From Nitrospinaceae bacterium (GTDB taxonomy: Bacteria; Nitrospinota; Nitrospinia; Nitrospinales; VA-1), in assembly GCA_046754465.1 (NCBI GenBank), contig JBHHVU010000007.1:1-64000 (forward strand): DNA of 64,000 bases. The letters run 5' to 3'. The translations under genes were made by a program, and so were the position numbers. A model generated the notes under the pieces. It was given only the letters and a program-made list of their open reading frames with translations. It did not search any database and had not been told where the DNA came from. The first letter of the stretch is position 1; each line of letters starts with the position of its first letter. Shown piece after piece: positions 41,064 through 50,581 of the stretch.

Positions 41064-42422
41064 ATGAAAAGTCCATCAGCCCTCAAACCATTTGCCGTTC
41101 TGGTTTCCATCACCCTGTTGCTGGTCCTGGTTCCCGCAACTTCACCAGCCGCTCCCCGGGGATTGAGTCTTCTTGAAGGTTTTGAAAAGGCCATGATCTC
41201 CCTGGCGGACAAAGTTCGTCCCGCGGTGGTGAGCCTTTCCCCCTATGTTCCGCCATCGCCTTCCGTGGCCACCAAAAATCCGCTCAGCCGGGGAAGGCCC
41301 ACCAATGCCGGTGCGGGGGTGATCATCAATGCGGCCAAGGGGCTCATTGTGACCAACAGCCACGTGGTGAGAAATGCCGAAAAAATCCAGGTGACGCTTC
41401 TCGGGGGAGATAAGATGGTGGGCAGGGTTTTGGGAACGGATGATGACACCGACCTGGCGGTGGTTCAGGTCGAAGCGGAGCATCCCCTGGCCTCGGTCCA
41501 GTTTGCCGATTCGAGCCAAGTCAAGGTGGGGCAGATTGTCGTGGCGGTGGGCAATCCCTACGGATTGAACAATACCTTGACCTTTGGAGTGGTCAGTGGC
41601 TTGAACCGGGAAAACGTCAACCTTTCCCGATATGAGGATTTCATTCAAACCGATGCTTCCATCAACCCCGGCAACAGCGGGGGGCCCTTGATCAACATTC
41701 GGGGGGAGTTGGTGGGAATCAATACCGCGATTATCAATTACGCGCAAAGCATCGGTTTTGCCATTCCCTCCAACATCGTGAAACGGGTTTCATCCCAATT
41801 GGTTGAATTTGGAGAGGTGCGGCGGGGCTGGCTGGGAGTCGGGATTGAACCCGTGACGCCCGAAGTCGCTTCCCATTCCGATATCAAGGAAGGGCGGGGG
41901 GTGTTGGTCAATGCCGTGTTTGAGGGGGACCCCGCGCATGTGGCAGGCCTGAAAGTGGGCGACATCATTTTGAAAATCGGCGGCGCCCCGGTCGACTCTC
42001 CCAGTCGGATGATTAAAATGATTGGAGGCATTTCGCCCGGACAGATCGTCCACCTGAATATTCTCAGGGACGGGAAGTCCAAGGTGATTCCCGTCAAATT
42101 GATCCGGCAGACCAAGAACCGGAAGGCCAGGATCTCCGCTCCCATCGAGATCAAGACTCCATTGGGGATTTCCGTTGAAGCCGTCGGGGAAAAATTTTCC
42201 GGCAAGGGTGGTGTGATTATTACCCAAGTCGATCCCGCGTCCCTCGCCGCGGAAAAAGGTCTCCAGGAAGGGGACCGGATTCTCGCGGTCAATGGCCAAA
42301 GTATATCGAGCCGCGATCGGTATGAGGATGTTATTAAGAAGGTTCCTACGGGAGGCTCCGTTTTTCTGTTATTGTCCAGGGATGGGAAAAAATTCCATTT
42401 AGCACTTGTACGGGAAAATTAA
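41064..42422 (+). CDS. DegP/DegQ (HtrA) serine protease with two PDZ domains
   Basis: TNSHVV, DLAVV, IQTDASINPGNSGGPL, RGWLGV plus two PDZ domains. Confidence 0.95.
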   Translation: MKSPSALKPFAVLVSITLLLVLVPATSPAAPRGLSLLEGFEKAMISLADKVRPAVVSLSPYVPPSPSVATKNPLSRGRPTNAGAGVIINAAKGLIVTNSHVVRNAEKIQVTLLGGDKMVGRVLGTDDDTDLAVVQVEAEHPLASVQFADSSQVKVGQIVVAVGNPYGLNNTLTFGVVSGLNRENVNLSRYEDFIQTDASINPGNSGGPLINIRGELVGINTAIINYAQSIGFAIPSNIVKRVSSQLVEFGEVRRGWLGVGIEPVTPEVASHSDIKEGRGVLVNAVFEGDPAHVAGLKVGDIILKIGGAPVDSPSRMIKMIGGISPGQIVHLNILRDGKSKVIPVKLIRQTKNRKARISAPIEIKTPLGISVEAVGEKFSGKGGVIITQVDPASLAAEKGLQEGDRILAVNGQSISSRDRYEDVIKKVPTGGSVFLLLSRDGKKFHLALVREN

Positions 42423-42634
42423 AATGTGATAAAGTTTCCGGTCCATTCGGTGGCGAATGAATGGTAAATTTGGAGGCAATTTTTCATAAGTGATTATTTT
42501 TGTGTTAATTAGATAGCATAGGTCCGTTGCTGGGGAGGTGACGGATGGTTTGATAAATTCCGTGTGGTTTTTGTTTTTTAAAGGGTTTTTTTTACAAGCT
42601 CTTGGAGGTAAGAGCATAATAGGGAGGATCAGAA

Positions 42635-45600
42635 ATGTTAGCTCGTGTCAAAAAGGGGTGGAAGTGTTGGCACGCGTTTGTCGTTCTGGCCATGTGCCTG
42701 GGTCTGACGGTTTCGGCAAGCGCAGAGGTGAATGTCAGTCAAAAAGGGGAAGTATCCAAGGCCGAGGATCATCCGGCCTGGCTTGACAAGCTGGAAAATC
42801 AGATCAATTACGAAGAGATGATGAGTGGTATGGAAGGCCGTCAGGATCGGATGAACCGAACCTTCGGGTCGATGATGGATCAATTGAAGGAAAAGATCCA
42901 GGAGCATGCGGCTCCGGCGTCTTCCGGTGGAGGATTCCACGATTCCTGGGCGGCGCATCAACTGGGCCAGAGCTATCTGTTGGGTCCATCCGAAGCGGCG
43001 GCCAAGGTCTACAAGGGCGCTCATTGCCCCAGTTCCGTTCCCGTCAAATCTTACGACGTGACCGCGATCAACGTGGAAATCACCCTGAACCAGTGGGGTG
43101 ACTATTTCCCAGGGTATATGTACGTTTTGACGAAGGACTTGAAGAAGGTCCGGGATGAAGAAGAAAGGAACGCCAAGGCGAGAGGGGACGAACTGGACCC
43201 CGGCGCGGTGACGACGGGACTTCAGGGTGATGCGATTCAACCTTTGGTGTTGCGTGCCAACCAGGGGGATTGCGTTCGGATCAAGGTAAGAAACCAGGTG
43301 GAGGATGAGGATGTCGGCTTCCAGGTGAACGGATCGGCGATGATCATAAGTTCGTCCGGCCTTCCAGACACCGCCGCATCACCCGGCGCCATTATCGCAT
43401 CGGGCGAATCCCAGGATTTTGAATGGTACATTCCGATCGACGAGCAGGAAGGAAGCCATACGATTCAGAGCCATGCGGGCCGCGACCCGTCGGCGTTGGG
43501 TCTCGTCGGAGCCTTCATCGTCGAGCCGCGAGGGTCGAAATACCTGGACCCCTGGACCGGGGGGCCAGCGGATAGCGGCTGGATGGTGATGATCGCCAAC
43601 GGCGACGCCAAGGATTTCCGCGAGTTCGTCCTGTTCTATCATGAAGTGGGCGACGAATCGTTCCGTCCGTTGAACCGTTACGGGGCGATGATCCCCCAGC
43701 GCGATCCGCAGACGGACGCCTACCGGCCTTCGGCGAGGGCTCTGAACTACCGCAGCGAGCCTTTCGGGATCAACAACCTGGCGGTTCAGGAAAAGATGTT
43801 CCATTTCGAAGACGAATCGCTGGCCTATAGTTCTTACACCATGGGAGATATTCCCACCACGCTTCCCCGTTCGTACCTTGGGGATCCCGCCAAATTCCGC
43901 CTGATCCACGGCGGGGGCGAGGTCTTTCATTCCCATCACCCGCATGGCGGAACGATCCGCTGGACCCGTTCGCCGCAACGGGAGCCGGGTTTGAAAAACC
44001 TGACCACAGCCGCCTGGGACGGACCGGTCAAGTACCCCGTGGTGCGGACGACGACCGACCGGGTGGACGTGGAAGTGATCGGCGCCTCCGAGGCGCTGGA
44101 CCTGGAGACGGAATGCGGCTCCGGTTTGTGTCAGCGGCTGGCGGGCGATTTCCTGTTCCATTGCCACGTGGCGCATCATTACGTGGCCGGAATGTGGGGT
44201 TACTGGCGTGTGTACAATACCCTGCAGGACGGAAATTATCCCTTCGGCAGTACCGACGTGATGCGGCCGTTGCAGGAGCTTCCCGACCGGAAGGGACGGA
44301 TCCCGCATGGCGTGAGTTCGGACAAGCTGGTCGGCAAGACGATGGACTGGTTCGGCAAGAAGTTCAATGTCGTCGGCAAGGGGAAAAGCGACTGGAGCAA
44401 GGAAGCCCCGGTGGTCAACATCCATGACTGGGTGAAGTACATGCTTCCCCCTCAAGGGAAACCCGGCCATACCGATGACGAAAAGGGTCAAATCCTGTCG
44501 TATGACGGTTCCGTTTGGGATTACGATTGGAAAGGCAACACGGCGCTTTCGGAACGCGAAGCCACCTATAAGGTCGTCAAATACATATCGCCGCGTCCCG
44601 GAAAACGGCATCCCATCCAGTTTTCTCCCAAGACAGGAAAACTGGCGTGGCCTCACATGACGCCGCATTTCGGCAAGCGGGTTCCGTTCGCGCGTCACCA
44701 TGGCGGCGCTCCCTGGCTGGAACCGTTCCATATGGCGACTCACACGGAGAATCTTCCTTCCGAGTCGGGTAATGGAAACAGCGGTCCCAACGTGGAGAGC
44801 AGCGCTCCCGCGAAACCGGGCGAACAGGGACGCTGGAGCCTTTGTCCGGGAGGCGCGGGAAGGAAACAGTATAACCTGCACTTCATCAACACGCCTATTG
44901 AGCTTTCCGGAGCCGTGGGCAAAACCAAGCCGGTCATCGACAAGTATGGCTTGATTTACGTGATCGATGAGGATATGGCCGCGGTGAAGGCCGACCCGAA
45001 GAAGGCGTATCCGCTGGTCATTCGTGCCAACGTGTACGATTGTGTGGATCTGCTTTTGACCAGCGAATGGAACGACGACGACTTTACCAATTTCCAGATG
45101 TCGAAAGTCAACATCCATCCGCATTTCTTCCAGTTCGACAACCAGGCGTCCGACGGCGTGATCTCCGGATTCTCTTACGATCAGTCGATGAGATCCTACA
45201 AGCAGTTCACCAAGAAGATGAAGGACGGACACCATGTGGGCATGCCCGTTCCGATGAACGCCAAGTTGTTGAAACCGGTGAAAGCCGGCGCGAAAACCAT
45301 CGAGATTCAGATGGCGAAAGGCGCGACTCCTTTCCATGTGGGAACCGATATCATTGTTGGCATCGAAGTTCCCAACAAGAAGGACGCGCGCTGGATCCAG
45401 TCGATGAGTCCCGATCCAGATAAAAAACCCGCCAAGGACGGGAAGTACAAAATTACCTTTACCCAAGGCGTGTCGCACAGCCACAAGAAAGGTGAAATTG
45501 TGACCACCGAATATGTTCGCTACCGATGGTGGGTGGATGCCGATGTCGGACTCGTTTTCTGGCACGACCACGCGTTCGGCGCGACCACCTGGCCACACGG

Positions 45601-47548
45601 TGGAATCGGGTCGACCATCGTGGAACCGTGGGGGTCGACGTATCATGATCCCAAGACGGGCAAACTCATCCGCAGCGGTCCGGTGGCGGACATTCACGGC
45701 ACCGAACCGTTTGCTTTTGGCCGGAACGGCAGTTTCCGCGAACTGGTGGCGCAGTTGCACGATACCGTGCCGCACACCTCTCAGTTGGTGGCCGCCGGCA
45801 ATCCTCCGGGATTGTCCCGCAAGAACGCCATCGCGGCTGGGCAGTCGATTTCGTTCCAGATGCCGGACGATATGCTGGAAGTGGCGTTTCCTCACCTGAA
45901 CGGCGGAACCCACACGACCGGCGGCGGGTTCAACTTCCGCGCCGCTTCGCTGTCAGCGAGGCTGTTGCACAATAAGGACGGCTCCAAGCTGTTCAGCAGT
46001 AAAGTGCACGGAGATCCCTCCACGCCCCTGCTGCGGGCGTATTTGGGAGACAATATCATGTTCCGGGTTCTGCACGGCATGATGAACGAGACCCACACTT
46101 TCGTGGTATCGGGTCACGGATATCGGCCGGAACGGTACGACCGGGATTCCCGGGTGACCAATACCATCCATATCGGTATCGCCGAACGTTACGATCTGGC
46201 GACCACCGCCGGGGGGTATCAGCAGATGGCGGGTGATTACCTTTATTACGATGGACGAACCTCGCATTTTTCTGAGGGTAGTTGGGGAATCATTCGGGTT
46301 CATGACAAGTTGCAGAAGGACCTGAAACCTCTGCCGGGCCATGAGAACATTCCGAAATCACGGAAGACTCTTTGTCCGAAAGGCGCGCCGGTGAAGAACT
46401 TCAGCGTGGTGGCCATCAACAAGGCGCTGAAATTCAATCCGCACACCGAGGATGAGATCGAAGTGGATTTCGAAAGAAAGCTCATTTTGGCCAATCCGGA
46501 AGGAAAGATCTTCGCCCTGGAGGGCGAGGTGGCCAAAGCGGCGGACGATGGTCACATGCCGCATCCGTTGACCCTTCGGGCGAATGTCGGCGATTGCATC
46601 AAGATCAAGCTGACCAACCGTCTGAAGGAAGGGAAAGTTTCCCTGCACGCGAACAACATCGCGTTCGATCCCATGGATTCCCAGGGGATCAATGTGGGCA
46701 ACAATCCCGGCGACCAGACGGTGGCCCCCGGCAAATCCAAAGTCTATAACTTCTACGCGCATCCGGATTACAATATCAACGCCGCGTTGATTTGGGACTT
46801 TGGCAACCTGACCCAGAATGTCCGCGATGGTCTGTTCGGCGCGATCATTATCGGTCCGCGCGGTTCCGTGTACCGGGATCCCGAAACGGGGAAAGACATC
46901 TCCATGGGGAATTCCTGGAAAGCGGACGTGATCATTGACAAGTCGTATCCAGAGAACGCGCATCTTTCGAACTACCGGGATTATGCGCTGTATTTTCAGG
47001 ACGAGGACAACATTTTGGGGACGTCGTTCATGCCTTACCTGCAGAACGTGGCGGGGTTGACGGGCGTGAACTACCGGTTGGAGCCCTGGAGTTACCGCGA
47101 GGACGAGGGATGTGAGCTTGGGAACATGTTCACGCCCTGCGTGGCGGCGGAATCCGATCCGGCGACGCCGGTGCTGAAGGCGCATGCGGGTGACCGTGTG
47201 ATGATCAACGTCTTCGGGGCTCACAGCGAGCAAAACCAGATGTTCAATCTGGACGGTCACCAGTGGAGGCGCCATTTGAATCAGGAGAATTCGGATATGA
47301 TCGACGTCGAGGAATTTGGCGGCGGAGAATATATCCAGGCGTTTTTCACGGCGGGTGGCACGTACCAAAACCCCGGAACCTACCTGTGGCTGAACGCGAG
47401 GACGCCCTATCAGCAGGCAGGGCAATGGGGTTATTTCAAGGTGCTGCCTGCCGGAGACCGGTCGATTCTGCCTTTGAGCAACGTGACGCCCAAGGGTGTG
47501 AAATCCGCTTCCGGATCCAAGGATGAAAGGTTGTCGATGCACCAGTAG
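42635..47548 (+). CDS. Giant (1637 aa) secreted six-domain multicopper oxidase, copy 1 (MnxG/ceruloplasmin-like)
   Basis: Sec-type signal; HSHHPHG, HCHVAHHYVAGM, HPH and WHDH copper motifs; repeated PLVLRANxGDC cupredoxin starts. Confidence 0.9.
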   Translation: MLARVKKGWKCWHAFVVLAMCLGLTVSASAEVNVSQKGEVSKAEDHPAWLDKLENQINYEEMMSGMEGRQDRMNRTFGSMMDQLKEKIQEHAAPASSGGGFHDSWAAHQLGQSYLLGPSEAAAKVYKGAHCPSSVPVKSYDVTAINVEITLNQWGDYFPGYMYVLTKDLKKVRDEEERNAKARGDELDPGAVTTGLQGDAIQPLVLRANQGDCVRIKVRNQVEDEDVGFQVNGSAMIISSSGLPDTAASPGAIIASGESQDFEWYIPIDEQEGSHTIQSHAGRDPSALGLVGAFIVEPRGSKYLDPWTGGPADSGWMVMIANGDAKDFREFVLFYHEVGDESFRPLNRYGAMIPQRDPQTDAYRPSARALNYRSEPFGINNLAVQEKMFHFEDESLAYSSYTMGDIPTTLPRSYLGDPAKFRLIHGGGEVFHSHHPHGGTIRWTRSPQREPGLKNLTTAAWDGPVKYPVVRTTTDRVDVEVIGASEALDLETECGSGLCQRLAGDFLFHCHVAHHYVAGMWGYWRVYNTLQDGNYPFGSTDVMRPLQELPDRKGRIPHGVSSDKLVGKTMDWFGKKFNVVGKGKSDWSKEAPVVNIHDWVKYMLPPQGKPGHTDDEKGQILSYDGSVWDYDWKGNTALSEREATYKVVKYISPRPGKRHPIQFSPKTGKLAWPHMTPHFGKRVPFARHHGGAPWLEPFHMATHTENLPSESGNGNSGPNVESSAPAKPGEQGRWSLCPGGAGRKQYNLHFINTPIELSGAVGKTKPVIDKYGLIYVIDEDMAAVKADPKKAYPLVIRANVYDCVDLLLTSEWNDDDFTNFQMSKVNIHPHFFQFDNQASDGVISGFSYDQSMRSYKQFTKKMKDGHHVGMPVPMNAKLLKPVKAGAKTIEIQMAKGATPFHVGTDIIVGIEVPNKKDARWIQSMSPDPDKKPAKDGKYKITFTQGVSHSHKKGEIVTTEYVRYRWWVDADVGLVFWHDHAFGATTWPHGGIGSTIVEPWGSTYHDPKTGKLIRSGPVADIHGTEPFAFGRNGSFRELVAQLHDTVPHTSQLVAAGNPPGLSRKNAIAAGQSISFQMPDDMLEVAFPHLNGGTHTTGGGFNFRAASLSARLLHNKDGSKLFSSKVHGDPSTPLLRAYLGDNIMFRVLHGMMNETHTFVVSGHGYRPERYDRDSRVTNTIHIGIAERYDLATTAGGYQQMAGDYLYYDGRTSHFSEGSWGIIRVHDKLQKDLKPLPGHENIPKSRKTLCPKGAPVKNFSVVAINKALKFNPHTEDEIEVDFERKLILANPEGKIFALEGEVAKAADDGHMPHPLTLRANVGDCIKIKLTNRLKEGKVSLHANNIAFDPMDSQGINVGNNPGDQTVAPGKSKVYNFYAHPDYNINAALIWDFGNLTQNVRDGLFGAIIIGPRGSVYRDPETGKDISMGNSWKADVIIDKSYPENAHLSNYRDYALYFQDEDNILGTSFMPYLQNVAGLTGVNYRLEPWSYREDEGCELGNMFTPCVAAESDPATPVLKAHAGDRVMINVFGAHSEQNQMFNLDGHQWRRHLNQENSDMIDVEEFGGGEYIQAFFTAGGTYQNPGTYLWLNARTPYQQAGQWGYFKVLPAGDRSILPLSNVTPKGVKSASGSKDERLSMHQ
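42767..47539 (+). repeat. Long direct repeat, copy A (matches 50717-55489)
   Basis: Colinear at a constant 7,950-bp offset; identical tracts 42767-43060, 44018-44731, 44981-45426 and 45821-47539 by visual alignment. Confidence 0.95.
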
Positions 47549-47571
47549 GCGCGATCGCCTGATATAAACTG

Positions 47572-47603
47572 AGGGGGCCTCGTCAACAGGCCCCCTTTTT
47601 TTT
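47572..47603 (+). terminator. Rho-independent terminator after MCO copy 1
   Basis: agggggcct-cgtcaac-aggccccc followed by T8. Confidence 0.9.
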
Positions 47604-47717
47604 AAAAGCCTTTGAGGATTCTGGATTAAATGATATAATCGCCGGCTAAAAATTCAAACAATCACTCAATGGTGGGTGTGGTGTAATTTTGTTCATAATA
47701 AGGAGGGATTCAAGGTT

Positions 47718-48536
47718 ATGAAAAGATTATGGTTAGGAGTATTTGTCTTCGTTATTTCGATGGTGTTGGCGGCTTCCAGCAGTTTCGCCAAAAAGGCCAA
47801 ATATGTGGAAGGCGATGTCAGCAATGGGGGAACGATCAGTGGAGTTGTTACCCTGAAGGGGAAACCGATGCCTCCCATCATGGAAGATCTTTCAAAGGGT
47901 AAGAATTTTGAATTTTGTAAGACCAATCCCGATACGGTGGATGGCCATATCCGTCCCCGTTATAAAGTGGTGGTCAAGGATGGTAAATTAAAAAACACGG
48001 TCGTGTTTATTGAGAATATCGAAAAGGGCAAGGCTTGGCCCGCGCCTCCCATTGCCAAATTCGACTTTAAAACCTGCGATATTTTTCCCAAGGTTGCCGC
48101 GGTCCGGAAAACTCCCAAGGGATTGAAGGAAGGCTTGGTCACCATTATCAACGATGACCCGGAAATTCTTCATAATCCGCACGGATATTCCATTAAGGGA
48201 GCCAATCGAAAAACCCTGTTCAACAAACCTCTGCCGAGTCAAGGGTCCGTGGCGGACGTAACGAAATCCTTGAAGCGTTTCAAGAAGAAAAAAGATAAGC
48301 ATTTCTTCCTGCAGTGCGACCAGCACAACTTCATGGAAGCGGATGCCAGGATCGTCTGGAATCCTTATTATTCGATCAGCGGAGACGACGGTTCCTTCAA
48401 GATCGGTAATATTCCTCCGGGAAAATACAAAGTCACCGCATGGCATCCTTATGTCGGTAAGGTCACCAAGGAAATCACCGTAGCCGGCGGAGCCGAGGCC
48501 AAGGCGGATTTTGAGCTGGTGTCCAAGGTCAAATAA
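47718..48536 (+). CDS. Secreted cupredoxin-like protein with carboxypeptidase-regulatory-like beta-sandwich (paralog 1)
   Basis: Signal peptide; GGTISGVV; HNPH...CDQHNFM; NPYY..DGSFKIGNIPPGKYKVTAWHP. Confidence 0.8.
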   Translation: MKRLWLGVFVFVISMVLAASSSFAKKAKYVEGDVSNGGTISGVVTLKGKPMPPIMEDLSKGKNFEFCKTNPDTVDGHIRPRYKVVVKDGKLKNTVVFIENIEKGKAWPAPPIAKFDFKTCDIFPKVAAVRKTPKGLKEGLVTIINDDPEILHNPHGYSIKGANRKTLFNKPLPSQGSVADVTKSLKRFKKKKDKHFFLQCDQHNFMEADARIVWNPYYSISGDDGSFKIGNIPPGKYKVTAWHPYVGKVTKEITVAGGAEAKADFELVSKVK

Positions 48537-48560
48537 ATTTTAATATTTCGTTGATTCAAG

Positions 48561-48599
48561 CAGTACCGGGTAGCCTTTTGCCCGGTACTGTTTTTTTTT
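48561..48599 (+). terminator. Rho-independent terminator
   Basis: cagtaccggg-tagccttttg-cccggtactg followed by T9. Confidence 0.9.
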
Positions 48600-48696
48600 G
48601 CGGGCCGCTTAAGGGAGATTCATGGCGGCGGGAGGAAAAATAACACGAGGGGATAGCTGTTGCGGTGACTGAAAGGCGGCGCGGGGAACGAAAATT

Positions 48697-49188
48697 TCAG
48701 CCCATGGGTTTTATGGTGTAACGTTCCTTTAGGGATTGGATTCGTTCAAGATGTTCCTGTTCCGCTTTTTCCAAAAGAAGCAGGAGGGTTTTGCTTTCGA
48801 TGTTTTCACAGGCTTCCTGCATGAGGCCATAAAATTCGGCGGATACTCTTTCCGCTTCCTCGGCAAAGGCCAAGGCTTTTTGGATGCCCCTGAATTTTGG
48901 CAACTGCTCGAATATTTCTTCAAGACGGGGAAAGATGTCCGTTTGGTAATGGGTGTCGAGTAGATTGCGGAGGCGGGTGTTTTTTTCCCAACCGTAGGGT
49001 TTGCTGCCCTTTTCCTCCAGAAGTTTTTTGAATTGAATTTCGTGCTTGGCTTCTTCCTGGGCCATGAGGACCACAAAATCCTTCACTTCCGGGTCTAGAA
49101 TATGTTTGGCCAACTCCTGGTAGAAGACGCTAGCCTCCCGCTCGATTTTCGTCGACAGTGCAAGAAGCTCCTCATTTGAAATTTCCAT
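48697..49188 (-). CDS. Ferritin-like / rubrerythrin-family di-iron protein (no rubredoxin domain)
   Basis: E..A..FY, EEAKH, E..S..FY, EQEH four-helix carboxylate motifs. Confidence 0.85.
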   Translation of the reverse strand: MEISNEELLALSTKIEREASVFYQELAKHILDPEVKDFVVLMAQEEAKHEIQFKKLLEEKGSKPYGWEKNTRLRNLLDTHYQTDIFPRLEEIFEQLPKFRGIQKALAFAEEAERVSAEFYGLMQEACENIESKTLLLLLEKAEQEHLERIQSLKERYTIKPMG

Positions 49189-49639
49189 TTTACGGTCTCA
49201 TGGTTGGGATGAATTAATAATTATGTTTAGATGATGGTTTGGGCAAATGGATTTAAAAATATTATTCGCCCCGTCCTGAATTCATTCTTCCCCTCGGCCG
49301 GAGGAACCGAATCAAGGGAAGTCGACAGATTATTGCTAAAAAATTATTTTTCGGCAACCCTTCATTTCATTTTTTTAAAGACGGATCAAAAATATTGTTC
49401 CCCGCGAATTATTCGGAATGCGGATTCAATTCCAGGGTATTCATTAGCCCCTGTGAATTATAAAGTTAATAGCTTTTGGGGTATGATTCGGCTTGCCGGC
49501 TCGGCGGACCCATTCCCATAGTATTAAAAATTGAATTATATAACTTTAAAAGATATTAAATTTCTTATATTATTCCTTATTCGCCAGATAAATTTTTGAT
49601 TTCAATTGGTTCTTGCAAAGAACGGAAGCAGGTTTGAAC

Positions 49640-50221
49640 ATGTTGGACCAATTCCAGAAAAAACTGCGTGAAGGAGAGGATGCGGATTGTTTTAACGAAC
49701 ACTTGTATCCACATGCCAGGGTGATTCTGGGGTCGGCCTACCGACTTTGCCGCGACAAGGACCGCGCCGAAGACCTCGTTCAGGAAACCTTCTATTATGC
49801 CTTGAAAAACTTTCATCAGGTAAAGGATCGAAGCAAATGTAAATATTGGTTGTTTTCGATTCTTAGGAACCTTTTTCTGAAAGACACCGAAAAAAGAAAG
49901 AATCGAATCGAGATCGAATTTGATTCCGTGTGCGAAAGCCTTCATGATCAGAAAACGAGCCCGGAAGCGGATTTTTTCCAGAATGAAATCAATAAGAGCA
50001 TCCGGGGTGCCTTGGACACCCTGGATGAGCGATTGAAATTTCCCATTATCCTGTTTTATTTTGAGGGCCGGTCGTACAAAGAAATTTCCGATGTTCTCGA
50101 TATTCCCATGGGTACGGTGATGTCCCGGATTGCCCGGGCCAAGGTTTATCTGAAACGGGAATTGGTCCGCTCCGAAATCTTTCGGTCCAAAGTGGAGCAG
50201 TTTCCCGTAAAACCCGATTAG
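49640..50221 (+). CDS. ECF-type sigma-70 factor
   Basis: AEDLVQETF, WLFSILRN (region 2) and SYKEISDVLDIPMGTVMSRIARAK (region 4). Confidence 0.92.
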   Translation: MLDQFQKKLREGEDADCFNEHLYPHARVILGSAYRLCRDKDRAEDLVQETFYYALKNFHQVKDRSKCKYWLFSILRNLFLKDTEKRKNRIEIEFDSVCESLHDQKTSPEADFFQNEINKSIRGALDTLDERLKFPIILFYFEGRSYKEISDVLDIPMGTVMSRIARAKVYLKRELVRSEIFRSKVEQFPVKPD

Positions 50222-50581
50222 CGGTTCTAATAATTCCTTCCGAATTTTGCGGTATCCTCCAGGATTTTATTCTTCCTATCCTCCATTTCCAAATTTATCC
50301 CCTCCTTCATAAAAAAAGCTGATTTTTGGGAATATTTTTCCCGATTACGTATCTTCCTAATGCTGTTTTATCAAAGGATTTAAATGGCCCCAGCTTACTG
50401 GCGCCCATTCCTAGGGATAAGAAGTTGATTAATTTTGGTTTATTGTTTTCCTTCCAGAAATGGGTTGGTGAGCTCTTCTGACCATGAGGGAAACATCCTG
50501 CCTGTTTACCCATCCATAGTGGAGTTTGGGTTTTTTTTTGCTGACGGAGTTTATGTTTATTAATTGTTGAGGAGGTAACTT

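Noticed and set aside
42423..42445. AAATGTGA upstream of MCO copy 1 as a CRP site
   Set aside because: Only a half-site; the second half (TTCCG) does not match TCACA.
43379..47542. Long antisense ORFs (844 aa, 394 aa and their twins in copy 2) opposite the MCO genes
   Set aside because: Shadow frames from strong codon bias. The 844-aa frame is broken in copy 2 within the diverged patches and has no recognisable motifs.
50488..50517. GGAAAC-N16-CATC as the ECF promoter for MCO copy 2
   Set aside because: Plausible shape but too short and not repeated upstream of the ECF gene itself; cannot be supported without TSS data.
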